Shown here piece after piece: positions 15,925 to 26,454 of a stretch of DNA of 64,000 bases (within the stretch, counting starts at the first letter, position 1; each line of letters starts with the position of its first letter). Source of the DNA: a virus; the IMG/VR virus record IMGVR_UViG_3300037993_001242, positions 64,001 through 128,000 of that record, one strand, 5' to 3'. A program made the position numbers and the translations under genes. The notes under the pieces are model-generated. The model did not search any database and was not told where the DNA came from. It saw only the letters and a list, made by a program, of their open reading frames with translations.

Positions 15925-18900
15925 TTAACTACCTTTCTCTTCGGTGGCCAGCAATTTGTCCCAATCAACGTTCTCCGGCGGTATCTTTTTGGTGTTCAGA
16001 TAATCCAGCCCAACTTCCGCATCCCCGCTGAAGGGCACCAACATCCAACTGGTATCGTAATTTTCACCAAAAACCACCGGCAAAACAATGTCAAAATGGT
16101 TCAACACCGACATTACAATATCGTGAACTTTTGGCAACTCTGATTGTATACAGTCAATCAGCAGCGAATCATGGACGGTGGACACCAGCAAGGACTCCAA
16201 ATCTTCCTCCCGCATCATCTGCTCAATCACGTGGAGGGCCATGAGCATCATGTCGGAGGCCGTGGATTGAATCAGGTGGTTACATCCGGCGCGTAGCGCC
16301 TTGGCCTTGGCTTCTTCATCCCCGCCAAAAACTTCCTCGAAAATACGTACCCGCCCGAAAATGGAAACCGCCACGCCGGTATCCAAAATGAACCGTTTGT
16401 AGTACTGCAACAGGCGGCGCAACGCCGGATACGAATCGAAAAAGGAATCAATGATGGATTCGCATTCTTCCAGCGGCAGGTAAATGGATTGATTGGCCAG
16501 CACATTTTGCAACCCGAACGCGCCACCGCCATAGCCCGTCAGGAAGTTGGTCGTTTTTGCGAGCACGCGCTTGAGTTCGAGGTCTTTGGCTTCCTTGTCC
16601 CGTTTGTTGGACTGGAGCCATTTCATGTGCTCCTTCGTGAACTGCTCGTACGGGATTTTGTAAATGCGGCTGGCCGTCAGGGAATGCAGGTCGATACCGT
16701 CGAAATATGCTTTGACCATCGTCGGATCGCCACACGCCGCCGCCATCAACCGCAATTCGATCTGGCTCAGGTCGGCGGCGTACAGGCAGCCGCGCTCCCC
16801 AAACCGGGACGTGTACAGAGATTTGACCTCGCCGTCACGGGGAAGCTGCTGCAAATTCGGATCGCGACAGGAAAGGCGTCCACCCCGCGTACCCGTGAGC
16901 ATGAAACTAGCATGGATGCACTGGTCAAAACACAGGTGCGGGTCTTTGCCTCTGGCCTTTTTGTCGATGCCCGCCGCTTGAATGTTGCGCAGCGGGCGCA
17001 CGTAGGTCGAATACAATTTGTATGCCTTCCGGTACTCCTGTAACGGGCGGATGTTCGCGTGGTCGACCGCCAGCCGGTTGAGCGTCCACTTGTCCATCGC
17101 GGCATATTTAAGCTGGTCTTCCCGCGACATCCTTTTGAATGCTTCCTCCGTGTCGCCGAAAAGTTTTTTACCGCCCTTGGTCAGCCGCTGCACCGGAAGA
17201 TTCAGCATGGCCTCGTCGAACAGGATGCGCTTCAAGTCCGCTTTGTTTTCCAAATCCAGATGCCATTCCTCGCCTTTGGCGGTCGCTTCCCTCTCCTTGG
17301 CGATGCACCAATCGACGATGTTCGGATTCACGTCCCGCAGCTTGTCGCGCAATTTGCCGACCTCCAGCGGCAGGCGCACTTCCATCTCGTTCAACTCCTT
17401 TTCGTTTACGAACATGCCCCGGCCCATCATTTTCATCAGCACCTTGGCTGCTGGAGACATGATGTTTTGGTAAACCCACATGCGGGGCGGCGGGGCAAAT
17501 TCACGAAAACGGCCCGCCTCGCCGGGCTTGGCCAGCGGCATCTTGTAGAGAGGCGTTTTTTCCAGCTTGGACTTGATCTGCTCAAAAGCCCGGTAGCAAA
17601 CCTCCACGTCACCCATGACGTAGGGAACAAGGTGCGATGCCCATTTGTCCCTCGGACAGTTCAGGTAATGACCGCCTTTGTTGTTGCCGGGGTGCATCAA
17701 ATCAGCGTGCAGATCAATCAGCAGGGTCATCTCCTCTTCGTACCCGGCCAGATCAGGCACAAAATCGTAGGCGATGGCTTCCAAGCCGAGCGAGCCGCGC
17801 TGCTGCCGGTTGGTGTAGGCCATGTGCCATGTATCGTAATCAGCCGCATCCGCCAATTGGCACAGCAACCCGTCACGCTGCCGGTTGTGCGCCGAATCGC
17901 TCCAGTCGATGAATTTCCCGTCCTTGACGTACTGGTCTTTCCAGAGGCACGCGTAGGTGAACAAAACGTCGAAGGTCAGGTTGTGCCCGATCAAACCGGA
18001 CTGGGTTAAAACTTTCCAGATCAAGGGCCGGAGCCGGGCCATGTGCGGGCGCACGGCGCTGCCTTCAAAATCCCACGGAAAACCAACGGACTGCGGCCCC
18101 GTCGCCGGATCAAGCCAGCGAAACATCATGCTGACGATGGCCGCACCTTGGCCCCACGGGCGCAGCCCCGTCGTTTCCGTGTCGTAGCAGAGCTTTATTT
18201 TCGGATGCCGAAGAATATCTTTCAGCGCCGCTTCGATCTCCTCGATATTTTCCGTAAATCGGTACCAATCTCGTGTATACACGTTCGGTTTGACGCCGTG
18301 CTTGGCCATCCACAACCCGTCGAGCAGGTTTTGTTTCCAGCGCCCAAAGACGTAGGGGTTGTTAATGGCGTGAATGATCCGGGGTGCCTGAATGGGCAGC
18401 ATGGGAATGCGCACGTCCGGCTTGGCCCCCATGACTGGATGGCCCAGCACCGTCTTGGTCGGATCAGCCGGATGGGGCTGGGGCAGATTGAAATCCGGCT
18501 TGGTAATCCAGTCGTCCGGCCAACCGCGCCACGTCAGCAGGCGTCCACCCCAATCCTGCGCGTTTGATTTATGGCTCAGCAATCCCAGTACCTGCGTGCC
18601 CACCGGCATGATCAAGTTGGGTGGGTGCAGCAACAAATCCTGAATGACGTGATACCGGCACCAGTTGCCCTTGATCTTGTAATTGACGAGTTTGTCCGCC
18701 CAATTGGCGCACCGGGTGATCGGCACCCACCGAACATCCTTGGGGGTCACTCCCGTTACGTCCGAAGTTTCATGGATGATGCGCTTCAAAACCGAAGCCG
18801 ATCCACCTGACGCCAGCGTGCCGTAGGTATCCTCATGACGGCTCACGCTGTCGTAAATAATCGTCACCAGCGGGTTGGTCGGCCCGGCATAGTCAATGAA

Positions 18901-19215
18901 CGGATGTTGCGCCCCATTATCCTTCAATCCGCATTTGGCGCACACTGGAGACATTTCGCCGGGCTTGAGCAACTTGCCCTGCAATGGATTTTTTGGGTCG
19001 TATACAATCTTGTGGTAAAGCTTTTTTGCGGTCACCGCCCCCTTTTTATTTTTTTTCTCCTCCTCCACGACTTCATAACCCGTGGCATAAACCACCATGC
19101 TCCGAAAAAATGAATCGACGTTCTCGCTCTTGAAAACCGTGCCGTCAGGCAGGGTAAAAACCTTCTTGATCGTATGGCGTTTGGGCTTTGATTCGATTTG
19201 TGCGGCGGCGTCCAT
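15925..19215 (-). CDS. polA: Family A DNA polymerase with N-terminal UDG-like and 3'-5' exonuclease domains
   Basis: Exo YDTETTG; motif A DLSQIELR, motif B KTTNFLTGYG, motif C VHDS; N-terminal CAKC...TRC...WC UDG-like region. Confidence 0.96.
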   Translation of the reverse strand: MDAAAQIESKPKRHTIKKVFTLPDGTVFKSENVDSFFRSMVVYATGYEVVEEEKKNKKGAVTAKKLYHKIVYDPKNPLQGKLLKPGEMSPVCAKCGLKDNGAQHPFIDYAGPTNPLVTIIYDSVSRHEDTYGTLASGGSASVLKRIIHETSDVTGVTPKDVRWVPITRCANWADKLVNYKIKGNWCRYHVIQDLLLHPPNLIMPVGTQVLGLLSHKSNAQDWGGRLLTWRGWPDDWITKPDFNLPQPHPADPTKTVLGHPVMGAKPDVRIPMLPIQAPRIIHAINNPYVFGRWKQNLLDGLWMAKHGVKPNVYTRDWYRFTENIEEIEAALKDILRHPKIKLCYDTETTGLRPWGQGAAIVSMMFRWLDPATGPQSVGFPWDFEGSAVRPHMARLRPLIWKVLTQSGLIGHNLTFDVLFTYACLWKDQYVKDGKFIDWSDSAHNRQRDGLLCQLADAADYDTWHMAYTNRQQRGSLGLEAIAYDFVPDLAGYEEEMTLLIDLHADLMHPGNNKGGHYLNCPRDKWASHLVPYVMGDVEVCYRAFEQIKSKLEKTPLYKMPLAKPGEAGRFREFAPPPRMWVYQNIMSPAAKVLMKMMGRGMFVNEKELNEMEVRLPLEVGKLRDKLRDVNPNIVDWCIAKEREATAKGEEWHLDLENKADLKRILFDEAMLNLPVQRLTKGGKKLFGDTEEAFKRMSREDQLKYAAMDKWTLNRLAVDHANIRPLQEYRKAYKLYSTYVRPLRNIQAAGIDKKARGKDPHLCFDQCIHASFMLTGTRGGRLSCRDPNLQQLPRDGEVKSLYTSRFGERGCLYAADLSQIELRLMAAACGDPTMVKAYFDGIDLHSLTASRIYKIPYEQFTKEHMKWLQSNKRDKEAKDLELKRVLAKTTNFLTGYGGGAFGLQNVLANQSIYLPLEECESIIDSFFDSYPALRRLLQYYKRFILDTGVAVSIFGRVRIFEEVFGGDEEAKAKALRAGCNHLIQSTASDMMLMALHVIEQMMREEDLESLLVSTVHDSLLIDCIQSELPKVHDIVMSVLNHFDIVLPVVFGENYDTSWMLVPFSGDAEVGLDYLNTKKIPPENVDWDKLLATEEKGS

Positions 19216-19248
19216 CACCCGGAATAGAACGCAGTTCTTAAAAAGCGT

Positions 19249-20289
19249 ATGACCGAATTGGTGCCGGTGCAAAAACCGCTTCCCTGCTACAGCCTTGAAT
19301 ACAACAAGGCTGATCCGCGCTGCCAAGCGTGCCCGCATCAATCCGGGTGCATCCAGCATTCAGGCCGCCGGGCCACCCAAGTTCCGCTGTCCAAGGCCAA
19401 GTTCAAACTGATCCCGGACGGCTACGAGAAAGCTTACGATTTCGATCTTGAAGACCCGGAACTGCCGCACGTCCAGCGCACCTATTTCGATTGCTACGAG
19501 ACCATCTTCAACCGGGCGACCCCCGATGACGTGACCCGCTTCGCCAAAGAGCTTTTGGCCGCCGCCCGCCAGACGCAGTGTTCCTTGCGGCTTTACCTTC
19601 TGGCTAACATGGTCGGCCACCGGGAATCGCAAAAAACCCGGATCGTCAAAACCGAGCAGGCGTTGCCCCGGCCTTTCCGGGCCAAAATGCTGCTGGGAAC
19701 AACCGCCCTCAAACGCGCCCGCATGTACGCCGAAATGTGCAACCGGGAATTCGGGACTTTCGCCCTGTCATCCCTGTCCTGTCTGGTGGAGGAAAACTTT
19801 ACCGACAAATCGCTCGAAAAGCACATGCTCCACAGCGAGACGGTCGTGGGAAAATATGTCGTCGGCTATAAAATTCTCCACGGCGGCCCGGCGTGGGATT
19901 CGCTCTTTGACGCCCACGAACTGACGCTTGATCCGTACTGGCTGGCAATTGACGAAACCTACCTGTTCACAAAACTGCAACCTTATTTAGAGAAGAAATG
20001 CGGCACGGAGCAAATTCAGCAGCATCGTTTTTCCGTTACCCAAGTACTGGGATACCTGAAGAAGCACAGCACCGCCGCCATCAACACTTTTCATGTCCGC
20101 GAAGCCATTATGCCTCAAGCTGTAGCCGAAGTACTTCACCACTATGGACACCATCCTGATGATTTCAACATTGACCCGGAACCCATCGTCAAACCACTGG
20201 AATTTTGGGTCTATCTGGGCCGGGCACTCCAGCAGTTTCAGTGTCTACTTTACCTCGAAGGAAAGCCCTCGCTCCTCACGCGCCGGTAA
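19249..20289 (+). CDS. Hypothetical replication-associated protein (N-terminal Cys cluster)
   Basis: CYS...CQACPHQSGC; directly upstream of the helicase. Confidence 0.7.
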   Translation: MTELVPVQKPLPCYSLEYNKADPRCQACPHQSGCIQHSGRRATQVPLSKAKFKLIPDGYEKAYDFDLEDPELPHVQRTYFDCYETIFNRATPDDVTRFAKELLAAARQTQCSLRLYLLANMVGHRESQKTRIVKTEQALPRPFRAKMLLGTTALKRARMYAEMCNREFGTFALSSLSCLVEENFTDKSLEKHMLHSETVVGKYVVGYKILHGGPAWDSLFDAHELTLDPYWLAIDETYLFTKLQPYLEKKCGTEQIQQHRFSVTQVLGYLKKHSTAAINTFHVREAIMPQAVAEVLHHYGHHPDDFNIDPEPIVKPLEFWVYLGRALQQFQCLLYLEGKPSLLTRR

Positions 20290-20317
20290 ACTTTTTAACT
20301 CACGTTCTTAATGCTGC

Positions 20318-21742
20318 ATGACGTGGGAAACGTACAATTTCTCGGATGATTTTCAGGACGCGATTCTCGCCTGCCTGATCCGATTTCCAGAGAAGTTCTG
20401 GCGCTTCGGGGAGATCGTAAAACCGGAGTACTTCAACGGCCCCAGCGCGGTTGAAGTCGTCTTCCGGCTCAAAGATCACGTGGCCAAATACGGCGCGTAT
20501 CCCAACTTCACCACACTGGGCAATTACGTCTTTGTCAGGACGGAGCGCAAAAACCCGGAACGGGCCAAGGAACTGATCGAGTACGTGGTCAAGCTGTCAC
20601 AGGTTGACTGCGCCGACGTGGATACCATCCTTGATCTATCGCTCAAATTTGCCAAGGAGCGCGCCATCTTCGACGCCCTGCGCAAAATCCATCTGGCCCA
20701 GCAGGAAGGCAAGGAAGAGACCGTCGATGCCGTCAAAGTCATGGAAGAGGCGATGAACGTCGGCTTCGATTACGAGGATTTGGGCATCGAATTGCGCCGT
20801 GACCTTGAAAAGATCATCGATAAGATGACCAACGTTAATCATGGCATCCACACGGGCTATCGTGAGTTTGACAAGCTTTGGAAGACCGGCTGGGCCGCCG
20901 GGCACCTGATCGTGCTCCTTGCCCCGCCCAAGGGCTATAAAACGACCTTTGCCGTCAATCTGGCGCTGAACATGGCCTCCAGCCACGCTATTGACGCCGA
21001 CGTGCTGTACTACGCCTGTGAAATCAAACAGGAAGAGGCGGCAATGCGCGCCATCTACAACCTGACGGGTACGACCGAAGCTATCCTGTGGGAAGGCGTT
21101 GAGAAGTTCAAACTTAACGCCCGAAAAGTTGTAGACGAGAAAATGTGGGGACACTTCTTTTTCAAAAGCTTCCCGGCCAAAACTACCACTATCGGCCAGA
21201 TCAAGGCCCACGCCAAACAGGCCATCCGCACGTTTGGCTTGAAACCCAAAGCTATTTTCATTGATTACGCCGACACAGTAAAGCCGGGCAACACCGGCAA
21301 GAACGTCCCGGATTACCGCCAGCAAGCGGACATCTACACCGAGGCCCGCGCCATGGGCGATGATCTGGGCTGCTGCATCGTTATGCCCGACCGCTGCAAC
21401 AAGGAAACTGTCGGTCGCACAGTTCCCAGCGTCGCTTCTTTTCAAGGTTCATTTGAAAAGGGCGGCGTCGTGGACGCGGCCATCGGCCTGTGTGCTACGG
21501 ATGCCGAGTACAAGCAGAATAAAATGCGGTTTTTTGTTTTCTTAAACCGCTCCGGCCCGCAAAACAAACATTACATCGGCACGGTCGACCGCGAAAAATA
21601 TCAAATCACCGTGGACGGCGAAATTGACTACAACCCGGAAGAAGACGAAGAACAAACCCGGTTTGTTAAAGGGCACGGCAAAAACCGAACCAAGGTGCAA
21701 AAAGAATTGACGCCCAACGCAGGCGCGACCCAGTGGGATTAA
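20318..21742 (+). CDS. dnaB: DnaB/gp41-like replicative helicase
   Basis: Walker A APPKGYKTT, YYACE, FIDYAD. Confidence 0.9.
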   Translation: MTWETYNFSDDFQDAILACLIRFPEKFWRFGEIVKPEYFNGPSAVEVVFRLKDHVAKYGAYPNFTTLGNYVFVRTERKNPERAKELIEYVVKLSQVDCADVDTILDLSLKFAKERAIFDALRKIHLAQQEGKEETVDAVKVMEEAMNVGFDYEDLGIELRRDLEKIIDKMTNVNHGIHTGYREFDKLWKTGWAAGHLIVLLAPPKGYKTTFAVNLALNMASSHAIDADVLYYACEIKQEEAAMRAIYNLTGTTEAILWEGVEKFKLNARKVVDEKMWGHFFFKSFPAKTTTIGQIKAHAKQAIRTFGLKPKAIFIDYADTVKPGNTGKNVPDYRQQADIYTEARAMGDDLGCCIVMPDRCNKETVGRTVPSVASFQGSFEKGGVVDAAIGLCATDAEYKQNKMRFFVFLNRSGPQNKHYIGTVDREKYQITVDGEIDYNPEEDEEQTRFVKGHGKNRTKVQKELTPNAGATQWD

Positions 21743-22557
21743 GGTACTGGAAAAGTCAAACCGGTGACGGCCACCAGCGGCTTGGATTCATCCAGCTTTT
21801 TGTCATGGACGTAATCGTAACGTACCGCTCCCAAAGCCGCAATCAACTCCGTGGCCATTTCCAGTGAATTGGCCGTGTCGCTGACTTTGACACATTCGTT
21901 ATGGCTATGCCAGTTGTAGTAACCGCTCGGCAGGTTCATACAGGAAAAGCTGAACCGCTGGCGCAACGCCATCACGTCCGTAAACGGATGATGCTGCCAC
22001 TTGTTCACGCCCCATTTGTTGAGAACGGGCAGACCGGCCCGGATGAAATCGCCCGCATTATCAAACAGACGCATCCCGCTCGACGTGTAGGAAAACATGT
22101 CGCGGGCCGGGCAATCAAATTCCAACACGTAACCGATGCCATCGAACATCTTGGCCTCCGCGCTGAACGCGCCCCGGCAGCCGATTTCCTCGGCGGCAAA
22201 GAAAGCTGCCGCGATATTGGGAAAGCGGTCAAGCAGTTCAAGGCAGATGTAAACACCAGCCTTATCGTCGCCGCCAAAGCCCACCTGCTTGCATTTGCGG
22301 TCGTAACCGATCAAGGTGCCGTTCTTCTGGACGATCCGAAAATACCGTTCCACCGGTTGCACCGAATCAATGTGCGCCGCCACGCACGGGAAAAATTGAG
22401 CGGTACCTTTCCTCAAAAAGACATTGTTGTAGCTGTCGACCGTGCAGGTAACGCCGGGGCGGCTGGCCACTTGCGCCTTCAGGAATTCGACCATCTGGTC
22501 TTCCCGCATAGATTGAGTGGGGACAGCCAGCACCTGTTTGAGTCGATCAACGTTCAT
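21739..22557 (-). CDS. M20/M28/M42-type zinc peptidase
   Basis: AHID, GGDDKAG, EEIG, EFD and terminal H metal ligands. Confidence 0.88.
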   Translation of the reverse strand: MNVDRLKQVLAVPTQSMREDQMVEFLKAQVASRPGVTCTVDSYNNVFLRKGTAQFFPCVAAHIDSVQPVERYFRIVQKNGTLIGYDRKCKQVGFGGDDKAGVYICLELLDRFPNIAAAFFAAEEIGCRGAFSAEAKMFDGIGYVLEFDCPARDMFSYTSSGMRLFDNAGDFIRAGLPVLNKWGVNKWQHHPFTDVMALRQRFSFSCMNLPSGYYNWHSHNECVKVSDTANSLEMATELIAALGAVRYDYVHDKKLDESKPLVAVTGLTFPVP

Positions 22558-22563
22558 GCTTCC

Positions 22564-22591
22564 AATGTACTGGCTTCTGCCGCGCTGTCAA
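22564..22591 (-). promoter_or_regulatory. Sigma70-type promoter (leaderless)
   Basis: TTGACA-N16-TACATT-N6-ATG. Confidence 0.7.
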
Positions 22592-22657
22592 CAGAAAAAT
22601 TTAATACGGCCAATGACGCCGAAACGCCATTGGCCGTACACCAAAAGCAGCAACTGT

Positions 22658-23209
22658 TTACCACGTCAGACCGATACCAAGCTTCCAGAGGAATCCGCTA
22701 TCGCCTCGGCTGGGCAGATCGAAGTTACCCCCGGCAAAGAGGAAGGAACTGTCACCGATGTAGTATTCAAAACTGGCTTCCGGGCCGGTGTGCCAGATAA
22801 CCGACGAGGTTGTGTCATAGGAAACTCCAGCGCTCCACCCGGTGTTCAACCACAGTTGCTTGTAAAGATGCCACGAATAATCGGAAAAAATGTCCGTTTC
22901 ACCAGCGAAGGCAGGTTCCCACGACAAGCTTTGTGCCGCGCCCACCCAGACGTTGGGAGCCTTCTTGAACGGGTCAACCGAGAGGGAAACATCAATGCCA
23001 AACTGCGTGTCGCCAGTTTTGGGCGAGGTAACTCCGGTACCACCGAGCGTCAGTTCGTAAGAACCGTACTCCTTTCCCGCATCGCTGCTCGCAGTGTTGG
23101 TGCTGAGGGTTGGAGCCGCTGGGGTATTGGTGGTTATGTCATTTGTCTGGGCATTCAGGCCGACCTGTGCCCCGGCCAACAGGGCGAATGCAATAAAAAT
23201 TCGTTTCAT
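22658..23209 (-). CDS. Outer-membrane beta-barrel-like protein
   Basis: Signal peptide, amphipathic beta strands, C-terminal IGLTW. Confidence 0.7.
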   Translation of the reverse strand: MKRIFIAFALLAGAQVGLNAQTNDITTNTPAAPTLSTNTASSDAGKEYGSYELTLGGTGVTSPKTGDTQFGIDVSLSVDPFKKAPNVWVGAAQSLSWEPAFAGETDIFSDYSWHLYKQLWLNTGWSAGVSYDTTSSVIWHTGPEASFEYYIGDSSFLFAGGNFDLPSRGDSGFLWKLGIGLTW

Positions 23210-23243
23210 AATTTTACGGTGTTAATAATTGGTTGCTGCTGAT

Positions 23244-24359
23244 TTAGTCGGAATTCACGGGAACCACGGAGACGAATATAAGCATCTTGCCAAGAATCAT
23301 CGTCTCCTGTTTTGTGATGCCGTTGCCGCTGAGATCAATGGTAACCGCAGAAGTTAAAGTTGTAGCGTTCTTGCCGGTTGGATCGTTGACGGCGTCGACC
23401 GTACCTTGCTTAAAGCTGTCCTTATAGCTCATACTGCCAGTCAGCGCTGGAACCGAAGTGTCAACTTCAGTAAATGCTGCTTCATCCGACACCGCAGCGG
23501 AACTAGCCGACATTTCATTTGGGATTGGCTCATTAACGCGGACATCAAACACGTATTGTCCAAGGCCGCTGGTTGCACGATGGGCATCGGGCATCCAACG
23601 AATGGTGCCAGTCAAGCGATCAACCTTCGGCACATAACCACTACCGTCGGGTGCCGGAATTGAATAATTAACATTTACCTCTTTGATGAACCACTCTTCT
23701 TTTTTGTAGTCGTAGTACAGTTCACCGTTGGCAGTAGCGGTTTGATACATCGGAATTGGCCCGGCAGCCAACGTAAGCTGCTGGAATTCCATCTTATCAT
23801 ACTTTGTAACAACAACCTGCTGCTTTTTACCGTTGATCTGGCGAGTAATGTAAACAGGTGCAAGCTTGACCTTGGTGAACCAGTCTTCCGGCCTGTTCAA
23901 CGGTTTGCCTGCGGCAAGCCCGCTAAATTTGCTGTCGGAACCGGCACGCTTGTCCAGCACGCTGAACTGCAAATCGCCGGAATTGTAGTTGTAAACGCCA
24001 TCCAACCCGATGGGCACTCTTCCGCATAAGTGGCTGATATTTTTACCGATGACCTGACCGGTCTTGGGATTCATAACATCACAGGAAAGGTCATAATAGA
24101 GGCTGCGGGGGCGAGTGACCGCTTTGGTGATGTAGCCGCCCATGATCAGCGGAGTATCAGTGATGGTGCCGTGAAAGCCGCCGCTATTGCAGACATTGAT
24201 GTTCAAGGTGTAAACATCCTTTGCCGTCGGGCCGGGGTTGACCTTCGAGTTAAAATTAATCTGCATGTCCCCCCGGATGAAAGTGGGCGGATTGGTATTT
24301 TGGGCTGGCACGGCACAGGCGACGACCAGCATGATTGCGATGGTGAGTAGTGATTTCAT
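23244..24359 (-). CDS. Secreted beta-rich protein
   Basis: Signal peptide ending VPA-Q; 371 aa. Confidence 0.75.
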   Translation of the reverse strand: MKSLLTIAIMLVVACAVPAQNTNPPTFIRGDMQINFNSKVNPGPTAKDVYTLNINVCNSGGFHGTITDTPLIMGGYITKAVTRPRSLYYDLSCDVMNPKTGQVIGKNISHLCGRVPIGLDGVYNYNSGDLQFSVLDKRAGSDSKFSGLAAGKPLNRPEDWFTKVKLAPVYITRQINGKKQQVVVTKYDKMEFQQLTLAAGPIPMYQTATANGELYYDYKKEEWFIKEVNVNYSIPAPDGSGYVPKVDRLTGTIRWMPDAHRATSGLGQYVFDVRVNEPIPNEMSASSAAVSDEAAFTEVDTSVPALTGSMSYKDSFKQGTVDAVNDPTGKNATTLTSAVTIDLSGNGITKQETMILGKMLIFVSVVPVNSD

Positions 24360-24389
24360 GTGTTTTAACTGTTTATGGTTTGATGATTG

Positions 24390-24563
24390 TTAAGTGTTCT
24401 TCGCGGCAGGTTTGCGTTTCGCGATGTTTATCCTGATGCTGATGCGCCCATTCCACAGTTCACCAAGATTTTTGTTGATGCGATTCCGCAGCCGGTTTAA
24501 GCTTTCCTTGGTAGCTTCAAACTTTTTGCTCGGCTCGATTACAATTCTTATGTCGCGTTTCAT
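24390..24563 (-). CDS. Small basic protein (57 aa, below track cut-off)
   Basis: MKRDIRIVIEPSKK...PAAKNT, translated by hand. Confidence 0.45.
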   Translation of the reverse strand: MKRDIRIVIEPSKKFEATKESLNRLRNRINKNLGELWNGRISIRINIAKRKPAAKNT

Positions 24564-24612
24564 ATTTTGACTTCGGTTTACTGAAGTTGAGAAGTCGTTT
24601 GGTTATTTGAGA

Positions 24613-24744
24613 TTATTGCTGTTGTTGACCGTCCGGTTGTGCGTCGTCGGTGTCGATTGCCCCGCCTCCAAATACGAAGGTTAGGATAATAAAGAATACG
24701 ACCAGAACGATGCCCGCGATGATTGCGAATTTTCTTTTGTTCAT
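24613..24744 (-). CDS. Small single-TM protein (43 aa)
   Basis: MNKRKFAIIAGIVLVVFFIILTFVFGG..., translated by hand. Confidence 0.55.
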   Translation of the reverse strand: MNKRKFAIIAGIVLVVFFIILTFVFGGGAIDTDDAQPDGQQQQ

Positions 24745-24774
24745 GTACCTGTGGTGTTGATTTGGTGTTGTCGG

Positions 24775-25614
24775 TTATTTCCTGCCACGACGTTCCGGGA
24801 TCACTTCGGCGTCAACTGTGTTGTCGCTGCCCAAATCCAGATTAAGGTCGGGCGGAGCGTTCAGTTCCTTGGTGGACTGTGCTTTGGCAATGGGTGTCGC
24901 AGTGGGTGTGGTGGAAATGGTGGGCTGATTGCCCTGCGCTTCCATCAGACTGGAGTCAATTTGAGCAAAGGCCGTGTTGATGCCAGTTCTTACGGCGTCC
25001 AGTGCCGCATCGTGCATCAGCTTGGTCTGGAAAGTCTCCGTGGCTTTGGCCTGCTTCATTGCCTTGGCTACGCTTTGGGCAATCTTCCATTCCGACCGCT
25101 GTTCATCGAGCCAATCGGCATAGTCGGCGAGGTTTTTCTTCGCCACGACATACTGGTCGTTTTGGAAAACCAGAAGCTGGCGCAACTTCTGGTAATTTTC
25201 CATTTGCTGACTTGGTGTATTTGGATGAAGCCGGTCGTGTTCCTGAATTTGCCGCCAAATATCCCTCAAAGAAACGTTGATTTGCATGATGCTGTCCGCC
25301 TTGCCTCGTAACGCAACCATGCTGGCCTCATATTCCTTCTCGAACTGCTCAATCGGGTTCTGCGCTGCCACGGCTTTCAATGCCTTCAACCGCCAAGTGG
25401 CGACTAACTCGGCAAAGGCCGGAATGAATTTGCTGGTAACGAAAAGCGCCGCGACGGTGAATCCCAAAGCCGCCAATGCACCGATCCCGTGTAAAATTGT
25501 AATAAACAACGGGCCAAGGATGACCAAGGCCACCAATAGCGCGCCGGAGCCGACGATGATTTCCCAGCGTTTCTGTTTTTGTTCCAAGTCAGTCATAAGT
25601 TTAATTCGGGACAA
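24775..25614 (-). CDS. Membrane-anchored PspA/IM30-like coiled-coil protein
   Basis: Two TM helices then long coiled coil (NPIEQFEKEY..., AKAMKQA). Confidence 0.55.
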   Translation of the reverse strand: MSRIKLMTDLEQKQKRWEIIVGSGALLVALVILGPLFITILHGIGALAALGFTVAALFVTSKFIPAFAELVATWRLKALKAVAAQNPIEQFEKEYEASMVALRGKADSIMQINVSLRDIWRQIQEHDRLHPNTPSQQMENYQKLRQLLVFQNDQYVVAKKNLADYADWLDEQRSEWKIAQSVAKAMKQAKATETFQTKLMHDAALDAVRTGINTAFAQIDSSLMEAQGNQPTISTTPTATPIAKAQSTKELNAPPDLNLDLGSDNTVDAEVIPERRGRK

Positions 25615-25758
25615 TTCCCGGTTTGTTTTTCAGTTCTTCAGGTGTAGCGCATTTGCGCCCGTATGTCAGTTACAGTCCAGAACAACATTTGTAATCATAG
25701 ATTTGTATACAATGACCGGCCAAGTGTCAACAACAAATTTTAGCAACGTAAGGCACGC

Positions 25759-26454
25759 ATGAGCAACGAACAAAAGATGCTTGAGGATTTGCCGGAAATT
25801 CTGCCCACTTTTGGCGATCCGGTGCGCATCGTTGAACTGGGCGTCAATGACGGATACCACACCCGCGCCATCATCGACTGGCTCGACGGCCTGCACCGTC
25901 GTTTCATTTACGTTGGCCTTGAACCCGATCCTCGCATCCACCCGATCCTGCCCACCACCGTCAATTTCGTACGCGCCGCCATCGCGAGCGAAGACAAAAT
26001 GATGGCGCTCCACCTGTCTGAAGGCGTCAGCGATGACGGCGCGATTTACAGTGGCTCGTCCTCGTTGCATCCGCCGGGAGAACTGATCCATCAGTACTGG
26101 CCCAAGATGAAGTTCCTGAAGACCACGCAGGTCATGGGCGTCACCTACGACACACTTTGCGCGCATCACGGGCTGGATGAAGTTGACTTCGTGTGGTGTG
26201 ACACCCAAGGCTGCGAAGTGGACGCCATCAAGGGCGGTTCGCAGTTTTTTCCCAAAACAAAATGGTTCTTCACCGAGTATGCCGACGCCCGTATTTACAG
26301 CGGGCAAGCAACTTTTAAGGAACTGTGCGCGATGCTCCCGGACTGGGAGGTCTACACGGATTACGGCGGTGACGCCTTGCTCAGAAATAAACACTATGAT
26401 CATCCTCTGCGAGTACTGGAAAGACAAAAATGCGGAGCGCCAAAAGGAACTTGA
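25759..26454 (+). CDS. FkbM-family methyltransferase
   Basis: VELGVNDG, LEPDP, DFVWCDTQGCE. Confidence 0.9.
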   Translation: MSNEQKMLEDLPEILPTFGDPVRIVELGVNDGYHTRAIIDWLDGLHRRFIYVGLEPDPRIHPILPTTVNFVRAAIASEDKMMALHLSEGVSDDGAIYSGSSSLHPPGELIHQYWPKMKFLKTTQVMGVTYDTLCAHHGLDEVDFVWCDTQGCEVDAIKGGSQFFPKTKWFFTEYADARIYSGQATFKELCAMLPDWEVYTDYGGDALLRNKHYDHPLRVLERQKCGAPKGT

